The notes under the pieces were generated by a model. It was not told where the DNA came from and searched no databases. It worked only from the letters and a program-made list of their open reading frames with translations. DNA of 64,000 bases from Thermodesulfobacteriota bacterium (GTDB taxonomy: Bacteria > Desulfobacterota > Desulfarculia > JACQYL01): contig CAXXLZ010000001.1 of NCBI GenBank assembly GCA_963675595.2, positions 416,001-480,000 of the forward strand. Reading direction: 5' to 3'. Each line of letters begins with the position of its first letter. Position 1 is the first letter of the stretch. Shown piece after piece: positions 18,656-28,674 of this stretch. A program made the translations under genes and the position numbers.

Positions 18656-18848
18656 TTTCGGGAATCGCCGTCGGTCGGGTTTTCTGTTCGGCCTCTGAGT
18701 CCGACCTCTCGGTGAGGCGGTGCGGCGCGCAGATCGCTCGCATGCGCCCGGTCCAAGCCCTGCGGCCGGGATCTTGAGGCCGTCGCTTGCCGTGGGAGGG
18801 CATATCCGGGCGGCTTGCGGACCATTGAATCGGGGAAGGGAGAACACG

Positions 18849-20282
18849 TTGTCGAAAATTCTGATCGTGGACGACGATGCTCAACTAAGGCAGAGCTTCA
18901 ACAAACTGCTTTGCCGGGAAGGTTATGACGTGGCCATGGCCGCGACGGGAGAGGCTGCGGTTTCCATGGTCCGCGAGTCTTCGCCCGATCTCGTCATTCT
19001 GGACGTCCGATTGCCGGGAATGGACGGTTTGGAGACATTGGAGGAGTTGCTGCAAATCGATTCCAGACTCCCCGTCATTATCATGACCGCGTACACCACT
19101 ACGGACACGGCAATCAAGGCGACCCAGAGGGGAGCCTTCGACTACGTTATCAAGCCCTTCGATATTCCGGATATTCTCAAGCTGATTCTTGAGGCCTTGG
19201 AAGTCAACAAGGCGATGCGGGCGCAGGGAGAGTCGGAATCTCAATTTGAGCCGGGTTCCATGGAAGGGCTGATCGGCACGAGCAAAGCCATGCAGGACGT
19301 CTACAAAGCCATCGGCCGAACGGCTTCATCGGACGCCACGGTTTTGATTCGAGGTGAGTCCGGCACGGGCAAGGAATTGGTGGCCCGGGCCATCTATCAA
19401 TACAGCAGACGATCGGACAAACCTTTTGTGGTCATCAATTGCGTTGCCATCCCCGACACCCTCCTGGAAAGCGAGCTTTTCGGGTACGAGAAGGGAGCGT
19501 TCACAGGAGCCCACAACCGCCATCTAGGCAAGATCGAATTGGGCCAACGCGGAACCGTTTTCTTCGACGAAATCGGGGACATGCCCATGGGAATTCAGGC
19601 TAAGGTCCTGAGGTTGCTGCAAGAGAAGAAAATCGAGCGCTTGGGCGGTGGAGGAGAAGTCATCCCGGTGGACGTTCGGATCATCGCGGCAACAAAGACC
19701 GATCTGGAGGCCGCCATAGAGCAGGGGAAATTCAGGGAGGATCTTTATTACCGGCTCAAAGTCGTCACCATTCAGCTTCCTCCTTTGCGGGAGCGGCCGG
19801 AAGACATTCCTCTGCTTGCGGATTTCTTTCTTTCTCGGTTCTCCACGGAACTGGGCTTTGAGAACCCCGGCGTCTCCGAAGAGGCCAAGAAGCTGCTCGG
19901 CGGATTGCCATGGCCCGGCAATGTGCGAGAGTTGGCCAACACCATGCAAAAGGCCTTGATCTTCAACAGAGGATGCCCCATTCGACCGGAGGACATCTCT
20001 CCGGTGATGAACGGCAGGGAACCTCAGTCGGGACTCAAAGAGAGCGAAGTGGAGGAAGTGCTTCGAAAATGGGTCCGGCAAAGGTTGGTCACAGGTTTCG
20101 AAGACAATCTCTTCGATGTTCTCATGGACGGTTTCGGCAGCGCTCTCGTGGGTGAAGCCTTGGAGCTGTCCGGGGGCAACCGGAGCCGTGCCGCCAAAAT
20201 GCTGGGCATTTCGCGCCCCACTCTTCAGTCGAAAATCGAAAAGTATCATTTGAGGATCGACGCTTCCATCAAGCAGGAGTGA
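18849..20282 (+). CDS. Sigma54-dependent response regulator (NtrC/AtoC family)
   Basis: Receiver ILIVDDD; Walker A GESGTGKE; [15 protein letters not shown]; WPGNVREL; Fis-type HTH; TTG start at 18849. Confidence 0.95.
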   Translation: MSKILIVDDDAQLRQSFNKLLCREGYDVAMAATGEAAVSMVRESSPDLVILDVRLPGMDGLETLEELLQIDSRLPVIIMTAYTTTDTAIKATQRGAFDYVIKPFDIPDILKLILEALEVNKAMRAQGESESQFEPGSMEGLIGTSKAMQDVYKAIGRTASSDATVLIRGESGTGKELVARAIYQYSRRSDKPFVVINCVAIPDTLLESELFGYEKGAFTGAHNRHLGKIELGQRGTVFFDEIGDMPMGIQAKVLRLLQEKKIERLGGGGEVIPVDVRIIAATKTDLEAAIEQGKFREDLYYRLKVVTIQLPPLRERPEDIPLLADFFLSRFSTELGFENPGVSEEAKKLLGGLPWPGNVRELANTMQKALIFNRGCPIRPEDISPVMNGREPQSGLKESEVEEVLRKWVRQRLVTGFEDNLFDVLMDGFGSALVGEALELSGGNRSRAAKMLGISRPTLQSKIEKYHLRIDASIKQE

Positions 20283-20710
20283 CTCGAACCGCCGCCCCTG
20301 CCACATCCTTTTCCACAACCCCTCCCTCCCCTGTTTCCGGCGGACGCCGGCCGATGATTCACCGCTTGGTTCATCACTGCTTCGACGCCGCGCCGTCCAT
20401 CGCGCTCCATCCTTTATGACGGGGTAACAACCCAACGATACTACGTCAATCGCGCCGGCCCGGGGACCACTCTCAGCGCCGCGACGATATCCAAACGAAG
20501 CGTTCTTGAGTCGGCCGGCATGGGGCTCACCCGCGCATTTCGGAAGGCCGATCTCGCAGTGTCCTTACCGCTTCCCACCGACACAGAATCTTTGCAATCT
20601 GTAAAAGAACTTGTCGCCGCAAATATTTCCCTCACCGTTTCATCCTGCCGATATTCGATAAAAGACCCGTTAAGTCAGATAGTTACGGATTTCCCGAGGG
20701 GATGGGGTTC

Positions 20711-20726
20711 TGGCACGAGGCTTGCT
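20711..20726 (+). promoter_or_regulatory. Sigma54 (-24/-12) promoter
   Basis: TGGCAC-GAGGC-TTGCT, full consensus, ending ~34 bp before the next gene; IHF-like AGTCAGATAGTTA at 20673-20685. Confidence 0.85.
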
Positions 20727-20759
20727 CAAAATGCCGTAAACCCTAAAGAGGTCCGTGCG

Positions 20760-21185
20760 TTGGCTCAAGTTCCCTTAATTATGGTCGCAGACCGAAATCG
20801 CCACGTTCGCGAGCTGTTGCGGCGGGAGCTTTCTTCCCGCGGGTACGGGGTGTGCATCGCCAAGGACGATCGCGAGGTCTTTGAAAGCATTTCAGAGAAA
20901 ACGCCCGACCTGCTGGTTTTGGACCTGGAATTACCCTTTGACGGCGGGATGGCGATTTTGTCCAAGCTCAAAGCCATGGGTTCCGCGATCCAAGTCGTGG
21001 TTTACTCCTATGCCAATGATTTCATGCCGGACCCATCGATTTGTGATGTCTCGGCATTTGTGGAAAAGACGGAAAATACCGACAGGCTGCTCTCGGTGGT
21101 ATCGGAACTGATCCAAAAAAGAGAAGACGGAGGCGTTGTACAAGACTCCTTATGCCAACAAGAAACCGGTACAAAAGTTCGGTGA
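20760..21185 (+). CDS. Atypical stand-alone receiver-domain protein
   Basis: IMVADRNRHVRELL, PDLLVLDLELP, FVEK; acidic pocket DR instead of DD; TTG start at 20760. Confidence 0.75.
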   Translation: MAQVPLIMVADRNRHVRELLRRELSSRGYGVCIAKDDREVFESISEKTPDLLVLDLELPFDGGMAILSKLKAMGSAIQVVVYSYANDFMPDPSICDVSAFVEKTENTDRLLSVVSELIQKREDGGVVQDSLCQQETGTKVR

Positions 21186-21189
21186 TCAA

Positions 21190-22908
21190 ATGAAAGAAGA
21201 TAATAACATACATCATTCCACGCGCTATTATAATTCAATCAAGAGAAATATGCTGGTAATGCTTTTGGTTGTTTCGCTTGGACCATTGGCTTCAGTAAGC
21301 GCAATCATATTATACCAGTTCCAGAAATCGTATTATGAAAAATCTACAGCTTTTCTAGAATTGTTGGTTCTTAAACATAAGCTCCAAATAGACAATTTTC
21401 TTTATGATAGGCTGTCCGATATTAAACTCCTGCTCGATATGACTAGCTTCGAGCAACTAACGGATGAAAGGTTCCTTGAGAAAACTCTTTTTGGATTACA
21501 GAAAAACTATGGCGGTGTGTTTGTCGATTTGGGGGTGATTGATCAGAACGGGCTCCAGGTGGCCTATGCGGGTCCCTTCAAGCTCGGCATGGTTGTCTAC
21601 TCCGACTCCACTTGGTTCCGTGAGGCGGTCAACAGCGACTCATTTGTCAGTGACGTGTTTATGGGATTTCGTGGCCTGCCGCACTTCATCGTGGCTGTTC
21701 GGAGACAATGGGAGGGGGAAACCTGGATTGTTCGAGCGACCATCGACTTTGTGGCGTTCAACTCGCTGGTTGAGCGCATCCAGATCGGCCGGACGGGTCA
21801 GGCTTACATCCTTAACAAAAAAGGGGAGTTCCAGACCCAGGTGCGTTCCAAAGCCATTTCAGCTAGCCTGTTGAGCCGGGAGTTTTCGGACAAGGAATTG
21901 AACGCGGGAGAGGTTCTGGTCGCCAGAAGGCATAACGATGCCGGGAAGGAGTTCATTTACGTCGTCACGGATTTGAAGAACGGCGATTGGATTCTGGTGT
22001 ACCAGCAGACGATCTCGGACTTCCTGGCGGGTTTTGAAACGGCCAGGGCGCTGTCCGTCCTGATCTTTATCATAGGCGGCTTATGTATTGTCGCTACCGC
22101 TTTCATTGTCTCCACCACCATGGTCAACCGGATCATCAAAACGGATCGAGAAAAGGAAATGATGAACGAGCAGGTGATTGAGGCGGGAAAGCTTGCGTCC
22201 GTGGGCGAATTGGCTGCGGGCATCGCTCACGAGATCAACAATCCTGTGGCGATCATGGTGGAGGAAGCGGGATGGATGGAAGACCTTCTCGAGGAAGAGG
22301 AACTGGCGGAGACGAAGAACGTCGAAGAGTTCAGAGCTTCTCTACTGCAAATCAGGAATCAAGGCAAACGTTGTAAGAACATAACCCACAAACTCTTGAG
22401 TTTTGCCCGCAAGACGGATCCCGAGGCCCGGGATATCGATGTGAATGAGTCTCTGGAAGAAGTGATCAATCTTTCGCGACAGCGGGCCAAGTACGGCAAT
22501 GTGGAAATCAGGATGAACCTGACCCCCGGATTGCCCAAGATCAAAGTATCGCCGTCGGAGTTTCAGCAAGTCTTGCTGAACCTGATCAATAACGCCTTGG
22601 ACGCCATGGACGGTAAAGGCGGCCGGCTCGAGCTCACTACCCGACTCGATGGGCGTTTTGTGGCGGTGGACGTATCGGATACGGGTCACGGGATTCCCAA
22701 AGCGGACCTGTCCAGAATCTTCAATCCTTTTTACACGACCAAACCCGTGGGTAAGGGAACGGGCCTGGGGCTCTCCATATGCTTTGGAATCATCAACAAA
22801 GTTGGCGGAGAGATCAAGGTGAGCAGTGCGGTGGGGGTCGGGACCACCTTCCACATAATGGTTCCCTTGTCCGTTAGGTTGGAAGAGGAAGCCGATTCGG
22901 CTTCCTAA
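21190..22908 (+). CDS. Sensor histidine kinase with Cache-like periplasmic domain
   Basis: Two TMs; AYAGPF, WF..A, SDVFMGFR; H-box AGIAHEINNP; NLINNA; GKGTGLGL. Confidence 0.92.
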   Translation: MKEDNNIHHSTRYYNSIKRNMLVMLLVVSLGPLASVSAIILYQFQKSYYEKSTAFLELLVLKHKLQIDNFLYDRLSDIKLLLDMTSFEQLTDERFLEKTLFGLQKNYGGVFVDLGVIDQNGLQVAYAGPFKLGMVVYSDSTWFREAVNSDSFVSDVFMGFRGLPHFIVAVRRQWEGETWIVRATIDFVAFNSLVERIQIGRTGQAYILNKKGEFQTQVRSKAISASLLSREFSDKELNAGEVLVARRHNDAGKEFIYVVTDLKNGDWILVYQQTISDFLAGFETARALSVLIFIIGGLCIVATAFIVSTTMVNRIIKTDREKEMMNEQVIEAGKLASVGELAAGIAHEINNPVAIMVEEAGWMEDLLEEEELAETKNVEEFRASLLQIRNQGKRCKNITHKLLSFARKTDPEARDIDVNESLEEVINLSRQRAKYGNVEIRMNLTPGLPKIKVSPSEFQQVLLNLINNALDAMDGKGGRLELTTRLDGRFVAVDVSDTGHGIPKADLSRIFNPFYTTKPVGKGTGLGLSICFGIINKVGGEIKVSSAVGVGTTFHIMVPLSVRLEEEADSAS

Positions 22909-22967
22909 TGAGCGCTGTGAACACCGGCGCTTGCCGGGAAGACATCGAGAACACGATAGGGGGTATC

Positions 22968-23399
22968 ATGGAGTCGACAAAAGTGATGTTGGTGGATGAC
23001 GAAGAGGCCTTCGTGCAGACCATGGAGAAAAGGATCACCCGGCGGGGACTTTCAGTGGTTACCGCGTCTAGTGGAAGGAAAGCCCTCGAGGTGATCAAAG
23101 GAAACAAAGACCTCGACGTTGTCATATTGGACGTCAAGATGCCGGAAATGGACGGCTTAGAGACGCTGAAGAGAATCAAGAGCGACTATCCTCTTGTGGA
23201 GGTCGTTATGCTCACCGGGCATGCCACCGTGGAGTCGGCCATAGAAGGGATGAAATTGGGGGCCTTCGATTACCTCATGAAGCCCTCCGACCTGGACCTG
23301 CTTCTCGCCAAGGTGAAGGAAGCCCACGACAAAAAGAAAGCTCACGAGCAGAAGATCATCGAAGCTCAACTCAAGGAGATCACCTCTCGTCGAGCTTGA
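22968..23399 (+). CDS. Stand-alone response regulator receiver
   Basis: VMLVDDEE, ILDVKMP, MLTGHA, DYLMKP. Confidence 0.92.
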   Translation: MESTKVMLVDDEEAFVQTMEKRITRRGLSVVTASSGRKALEVIKGNKDLDVVILDVKMPEMDGLETLKRIKSDYPLVEVVMLTGHATVESAIEGMKLGAFDYLMKPSDLDLLLAKVKEAHDKKKAHEQKIIEAQLKEITSRRA

Positions 23400-23815
23400 T
23401 GGGGAATCCGAGAATGGTTGGTACGCCCGAGAAATTCGACCGCCGAATCAGGGTCCTGCTCGTGGACGACGAGGAAGGGTACGTGCGGGTCCTCTCCAAA
23501 CGGATGCGGAAACGAAATATTGAAGTCACCTCGGCTCTCAGTGGTGAAGCGGCGATACGGGCCGTACGACGAGAAGACTTCGATGTGGCGGTCCTGGATC
23601 TGAAGATGGAGGACATGGACGGCATGGAAGTCCTCAAGATACTAAAAAAGATGGACCCTGATCTGGTGGTTGTCATGCTCACGGGACACGGTTCGGAGAC
23701 GGCGGCCAGGGAGGGAATCGCCATGGGAGCATCCGATTACCTGACCAAACCCTGTGACTTGGACGAACTACTGGCAAAAATCCGCAAAGCGCGCGGGAAC
23801 GTTCGTAACTGCTGA
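23399..23815 (+). CDS. Stand-alone response regulator receiver
   Basis: VLLVDDEE, VLDLKME, MLTGHG, DYLTKP. Confidence 0.9.
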   Translation: MGNPRMVGTPEKFDRRIRVLLVDDEEGYVRVLSKRMRKRNIEVTSALSGEAAIRAVRREDFDVAVLDLKMEDMDGMEVLKILKKMDPDLVVVMLTGHGSETAAREGIAMGASDYLTKPCDLDELLAKIRKARGNVRNC

Positions 23816-23851
23816 AGAGGATAAGGAATTCCGGATCGAGAGGGAGATGAC

Positions 23852-25438
23852 ATGAAGAAAATCTTGACCAATAAAGCCTTCCAGCTCTGTTTTGCAGTGA
23901 GTTTGGGGGTCATTGTCCTGTTGCTGCCCAGGCCGGAAGGAACCCGGTTCAAAATTGTCGGCGACGTGGACAAGAGTTTGGCAACGCAGGTAAGTTCGCA
24001 CTTCGAGTTGTTCTCGGAGGGCAAGAAAAAAGGGGACGGATATGTCCTGAAAGTCAAAGAACCCATCGGCCCTGAGTCTAATGCGCGGTACCTTGTGAAT
24101 CAGGCGGCCGCGTTGGACCTTCAGGGAGTTCAGGTCGATTACGTGGACGGCCTGTCTCCGAGAAGCAAGCGGTTTCTGGCCGTACTGGTTTTCTTGATTT
24201 TCTTGTTCGTGGTGGAAACCATTCCCCTCGAAATCACGGCGGCGCTCATCGGCGTCTTCCTGGTCGTCATGGGGGTCACGGACACCAAAGGAGCGTGGGC
24301 GCCGTATATGCACCCGGTGGTGGTGTTCATCATGTGTTGTCTGATCTTCGCCATCGCCTTGGACAAATCGGGACTGACCAAACGCCTGGGCTATTATATC
24401 GTGAAAAAAGCGGGCGATAGTGTGATCCGTTTTACTTTCATTCTCAGTATGGGGCTGGGAATCGCCTCAGCGGTGATGCACGACGCCGCGGCCACGGCCA
24501 TCGGGATCGTGACCATGCTGCCCATGATGCGTGCCGCGGGAATAGAACCTCAGTCCAACACGGCCAAATTTATGATGCTTTCTCTTCCCTTCGCCTGCTC
24601 TTGCGGAGGTATGGGCACCTTGATCGGAGGCGGTCGATGCATGGTGGCCGCCGCCTTTCTCAAGGAGTTCACGGGAATCGAGATTACCTTTCTGGACTGG
24701 ATTCTCTATGCCATGCCGGCGGCGATCATTACCGTTCCTCTGGCGGTTCTGATTGTCTATTTCGTATTCCGGCCCAATCCCAAGTACAGACTGCCTCAGT
24801 TCGATGAGGAGTTGGGGCCCCTGACTCCGCTGGAAAAGAAAACCTTGATCATCTCCGCCATTGTGTTTGCGCTCTGGTTGACCAAGAGCCTGCACGGTCT
24901 CCACTACTCCATCACGGGTATTCTGGCGGTGGCGGCGTTGGTGCTTTCCGGTGTCCTGAAATGGGAGGATATCCACACTCATCTGGAATGGGGTACGGCG
25001 CTGTTCATCTTCGGCGGGGGCATTTCCCTCGGTTTGGCCATGGGTGAATCCGGAGCCGCAGACTACTTCGCCAATCTGTTCTTCCCCTTGGTCAAAGGCG
25101 GCGGTTGGCTGTTGCTTTTCATCGGTATGGGAGTTTTCGGGGCCTTGGTGACCAACGCCATGGCCAATGTAGCTGCGGCGGCCTTGATTCTGCCCATCGT
25201 GATTCCCATGGCTCAGCTCGAGGGCGTAGACCCGAGGGTTCTGGCCATGGGGCTGGGAATGGCCACCTCGTTCGCCATGCTGCTGGTGATCGGTTGTCCG
25301 CCCAACGCCATCGCTTATAGCTACAGGTATTTCAAGGCTTCCGACTTGACCAAGGTGGGAGCCGTTGCGACTCCCATTCTGCTGGCGGCATTGGTTCTGG
25401 TGGCCGCGCTTTGGTGGCACATTCTTGGATTGGTGTAA
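23852..25438 (+). CDS. SLC13/DASS-family sodium:anion symporter
   Basis: Many TM helices; CGGMGTLIGG, ITFLDW, LFIFGGGISLG, SFAMLLVIGCPPNAIAY. Confidence 0.88.
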   Translation: MKKILTNKAFQLCFAVSLGVIVLLLPRPEGTRFKIVGDVDKSLATQVSSHFELFSEGKKKGDGYVLKVKEPIGPESNARYLVNQAAALDLQGVQVDYVDGLSPRSKRFLAVLVFLIFLFVVETIPLEITAALIGVFLVVMGVTDTKGAWAPYMHPVVVFIMCCLIFAIALDKSGLTKRLGYYIVKKAGDSVIRFTFILSMGLGIASAVMHDAAATAIGIVTMLPMMRAAGIEPQSNTAKFMMLSLPFACSCGGMGTLIGGGRCMVAAAFLKEFTGIEITFLDWILYAMPAAIITVPLAVLIVYFVFRPNPKYRLPQFDEELGPLTPLEKKTLIISAIVFALWLTKSLHGLHYSITGILAVAALVLSGVLKWEDIHTHLEWGTALFIFGGGISLGLAMGESGAADYFANLFFPLVKGGGWLLLFIGMGVFGALVTNAMANVAAAALILPIVIPMAQLEGVDPRVLAMGLGMATSFAMLLVIGCPPNAIAYSYRYFKASDLTKVGAVATPILLAALVLVAALWWHILGLV

Positions 25439-25526
25439 TAGCCCGAAGGGTTTGGCTCGAACCCGAATGTTGCGCTCTTGCGAGGACACTTTCGGGTTCG
25501 AGCTTCACGGTTGAGGAGATCGAATT

Positions 25527-25967
25527 ATGGTGCGAATTCCGACGAAGGTATTGGTCGTCGATGACGAAAAGGACTTTGTGGAAATGTTCACCATGCGCCT
25601 GGAAGACGCGGGTGAACGGGTCCGGAAGGCATACAGCGGCGAAGAGGGCCTGGAGGTTCTCGCCAAATCCGACATCGATGTGGTGATTCTGGATATCAAG
25701 ATGCCCGGAATGGACGGCATCGAAACGTTGAGGGAAATCAAACGGAGGTTTCCACTGGTGGAAGTGATCCTGCTCACGGGTCACGGAGCCGTGGACACGG
25801 CGGTGGAAGGAATGAAATTGGGGGCGTTCGATTATCTGAATAAGCCCGCCGAGTTCAAGGAGCTACTGGAGAAACTCACCGGAGCGCGCAAGCGTAAGGA
25901 TGAGCAGGAAGAAAGGATCCGGAAGGCGGAAGAACGTGGTCTTCTGAGGAGAACCGGAGAATTCTAA
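25527..25967 (+). CDS. Stand-alone response regulator receiver
   Basis: VLVVDDEK, ILDIKMPG, LLTGHG, DYLNKP; GAGGAG SD. Confidence 0.92.
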   Translation: MVRIPTKVLVVDDEKDFVEMFTMRLEDAGERVRKAYSGEEGLEVLAKSDIDVVILDIKMPGMDGIETLREIKRRFPLVEVILLTGHGAVDTAVEGMKLGAFDYLNKPAEFKELLEKLTGARKRKDEQEERIRKAEERGLLRRTGEF

Positions 25968-26000
25968 GAAGGGTCGGTATGGGAACGGTCCAATTTTGAT

Positions 26001-26036
26001 CGGAGGGCGGGCCTATGGCCCGCCCTCCGCTTTTTC
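26001..26036 (+). terminator. Rho-independent terminator closing the sigma54 operon
   Basis: Perfect 13-bp stem CGGAGGGCGGGCC-tat-GGCCCGCCCTCCG followed by CTTTTT. Confidence 0.85.
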
Positions 26037-26137
26037 TGATTGAACATAGTGTCGCGGCCTAATCCCATTGGGGAAGTCGGAAATTGACAAAACTCCAACA
26101 GTCTGCGATTGTCATTTCCTTAATAGAAGGGGCTTCT

Positions 26138-27397
26138 GTGGCACGTTCGGAAAACTACATCTCGATCCCACTGGACGAAGACGGTCTCAGGATGAGAAAC
26201 CGTGTGTTGTCCGTGCTTCTGGACATGAGCAGCTTTTTGTCCGGCGACTGGAGCCTCCAGGAATTGTTGAACGGGGCGCTTTCGCGGCTGATGGAGGTGC
26301 TTCGTTTCGACGGCGGACGCATTTACCGTGTCGAGCGAGAGAGTGGATCCCTTCGTCTGGTCGCGTTTAAGGGACTGGAGCCCACCGGCCTGGAAAACAT
26401 GGCGATGGGAGAGGGATTTTCCGGGAGATCGGCCGAGAGTCGCTCGTTTCTCGCCCAACGCGTGGATGAGTTGGAGGATTGGGAGCGTGCCAACCTTCTA
26501 TCGCAAAAGGGCTTCAAAATCATTGTCTGTGTTCCCATGCTGGTGGGACACGATGTCGTGGGGGTGATGAACCTCGCATCACGCCGCGAGATCGGATTAA
26601 ATCAAGAAGATGTCGATCTGATGGTCGCCATGGCAAACCAGATCGCCGTAGCGGCGAGCCGGGTGGAGACCTACCAGGGGTTGCTCGCCGGACTTGAGGA
26701 GATCAAACAGAAGAATGAGACCATCAAGTTCATGACCTATTCGGCGTCTCACGATCTGAAGAGCCCGGCCACGGCGGTACTCGGCCTCGCCAGATTGCTT
26801 CGGAAACGGTATGCGGAGACACTGGCCGAAGCCGACAGGCAGATTTGCCTGCAGATCGAGAAGGCCGCCGAGCAGATGATTCGCCTTCTGGATGACTTGA
26901 ACGCTTATGCTAAGTCCAAAGAGTCCACCCTGAAGTACGAAGTGTGCCCCATGACCGAGGTTTTTGAAACCATCGCTCAGGAATTCGATTCGGTCTTGAA
27001 GGGAAAAAAGGTTCGATTTGAAGTTCCCGCCGAGCTTCCGGCCATTGTGGCCGATAAGATCGCGGTTTTGAGAATTTTTAGGAACCTGACGGACAATGCA
27101 CTCAAGTACGGAGGGCCTGATTTGCGGAACGTGGTCGTCCGCTATAATGAAGATAAGGACGCCCATATTTTTTCGGTTGTGGACGATGGTGTGGGCCTGT
27201 CCAGGGAGGGCATGGAACTTATTTTTGAACCGTTCCGTCGGTATGAAACTTCAAAAGGGACCGAAGGAACCGGTCTGGGGCTCGCCATCGTCCAGGAACT
27301 CGCCAAACGCCACCAAGGTACCCTGGCCGTCAGTTCGGACCCCGGTAAAGGGGCCACATTCAGGGTGACTTTCTCCAAGACTCTGATACCTTCTTGA
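26138..27397 (+). CDS. Cytoplasmic GAF-domain histidine kinase
   Basis: GAF (GEGFSG, VCVPML...VVGVMNL); H-box SHDLKSP; NLTDNALKY; GTGLGL; GTG start at 26138 after GAAGGGG. Confidence 0.88.
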   Translation: MARSENYISIPLDEDGLRMRNRVLSVLLDMSSFLSGDWSLQELLNGALSRLMEVLRFDGGRIYRVERESGSLRLVAFKGLEPTGLENMAMGEGFSGRSAESRSFLAQRVDELEDWERANLLSQKGFKIIVCVPMLVGHDVVGVMNLASRREIGLNQEDVDLMVAMANQIAVAASRVETYQGLLAGLEEIKQKNETIKFMTYSASHDLKSPATAVLGLARLLRKRYAETLAEADRQICLQIEKAAEQMIRLLDDLNAYAKSKESTLKYEVCPMTEVFETIAQEFDSVLKGKKVRFEVPAELPAIVADKIAVLRIFRNLTDNALKYGGPDLRNVVVRYNEDKDAHIFSVVDDGVGLSREGMELIFEPFRRYETSKGTEGTGLGLAIVQELAKRHQGTLAVSSDPGKGATFRVTFSKTLIPS

Positions 27398-27490
27398 ACC
27401 ATCGGTTCACGGCGCATTCGAAAGAAAATCGCGGCGGAGGTACGGAGAGGCAATCGCCGGCACCTACCCCCTTAGAAAGAAGGAATCCCG

Positions 27491-28144
27491 ATGAGTATTC
27501 GGATTCTGCTTGCGGAAGACCAGTTTCTTATCCGGGAAGCACTCAAGGACCTCATTGAACGGGAGCCCGATTTTGAGGTGGTCGCCGAAGCGGACGACGG
27601 CAGAGACGCCGTGCAACTGGCGGGTGAAACGCTCCCTGATGTCGTAATCATGGATATCTCCATGCCCCATTTGAACGGCGTGGAAGCCACTCGCCGAATC
27701 CGGAACAAAGTTCCCGGAGTGAAGGTAATCGCGCTTACCATGCATACCGATCGACTTTTCGTCAGCGAGATGTTGCGGTCGGGAGCCTCCGGTTTCCTGG
27801 TGAAGCACGGATCATTTGAAGAGCTGGTGACCGCGGTCCGGTCGGTGATTTCCGGAAGAACATATCTCAGTCCTTCCGTGGCCAATGTGGTGGTCGAGGG
27901 ATTCCTGAACGAAAATGAAAGAAAGGATCCTTCGCCCTTCAACGTCCTTTCCCACCGTGAAAGAGAGGTGCTGCAACTGCTGGCGGATGGAAAGACGGCG
28001 AGAGAGATTGCGAATCAGCTCAGCATCAGTAGGAGCACGGTGGAATCCCACCGTCGGCAACTGAAGATCAAACTTAAAGTGGACACCATGGCGGGTCTGA
28101 TCAAATACGCCATTCGTCACGGTCTTACCAATCTGGATTCCTGA
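27491..28144 (+). CDS. NarL/LuxR-family response regulator
   Basis: ILLAED, IMDISMP, LSHREREVLQL, HTH STVESHRRQLKIKL. Confidence 0.93.
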   Translation: MSIRILLAEDQFLIREALKDLIEREPDFEVVAEADDGRDAVQLAGETLPDVVIMDISMPHLNGVEATRRIRNKVPGVKVIALTMHTDRLFVSEMLRSGASGFLVKHGSFEELVTAVRSVISGRTYLSPSVANVVVEGFLNENERKDPSPFNVLSHREREVLQLLADGKTAREIANQLSISRSTVESHRRQLKIKLKVDTMAGLIKYAIRHGLTNLDS

Positions 28145-28387
28145 ACGGCGTCGGGCCTTCGAACTCAATTCCTCGTCCCTCTCTTCCGCCTCCTTATGAA
28201 TGTTTTTTAGACCGGTCTCGAATCGAATTCCCGTGCGCTGAACGGGCCGGCCCTGTTTTCGGGGTCTCGGAGTATACGTGGCCGAAGGCTCGTTTCGGCC
28301 TTTTCCGAAAGCTGGAACGGCATTCGCCATCGTGGACCTCGCAGTACCGGCTCCGAAACCTTGTCCAACGCGGGTTTCAGGAATTAG

Positions 28388-28502
28388 TGCTCAAAAAATG
28401 AGCAGCTAACCCTGCTTATTTTGATTTCTAATGCAATTTCAATAAGATCTGCCGGCTCAAATTTTGAGCAGGAATGTTTGAGAATTGTTCAGTTATTGGG
28501 CA
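28388..28502. promoter_or_regulatory. Three 17-bp palindromic sites (putative upstream activator sequences)
   Basis: TGCTCA-N5-TGAGCA (28388-28404), GGCTCA-N5-TGAGCA (28454-28470), TGTTCA-N5-TGGGCA (28486-28502) in an AT-rich spacer. Confidence 0.7.
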
Positions 28503-28552
28503 GATATCGGCGGTGCTCCAAATAAATAGCGTGAATTCAATCGATTAGCATG

Positions 28553-28568
28553 TGGCATAGGCCTTGCT
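28553..28568 (+). promoter_or_regulatory. Sigma54 (-24/-12) promoter
   Basis: TGGCAT-AGGCC-TTGCT, ~107 bp upstream of the second NarL-type gene. Confidence 0.8.
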
Positions 28569-28674
28569 ATCGGAGAGCGGGAGAAAGAACCTGATTATTT
28601 CCGGACGTCCGTCCGTTTGCTCCGTCCCGCCGGCTCGTGCTCCGAAGGCTGGAGACGGGAGAAAGGAAAGCCGC

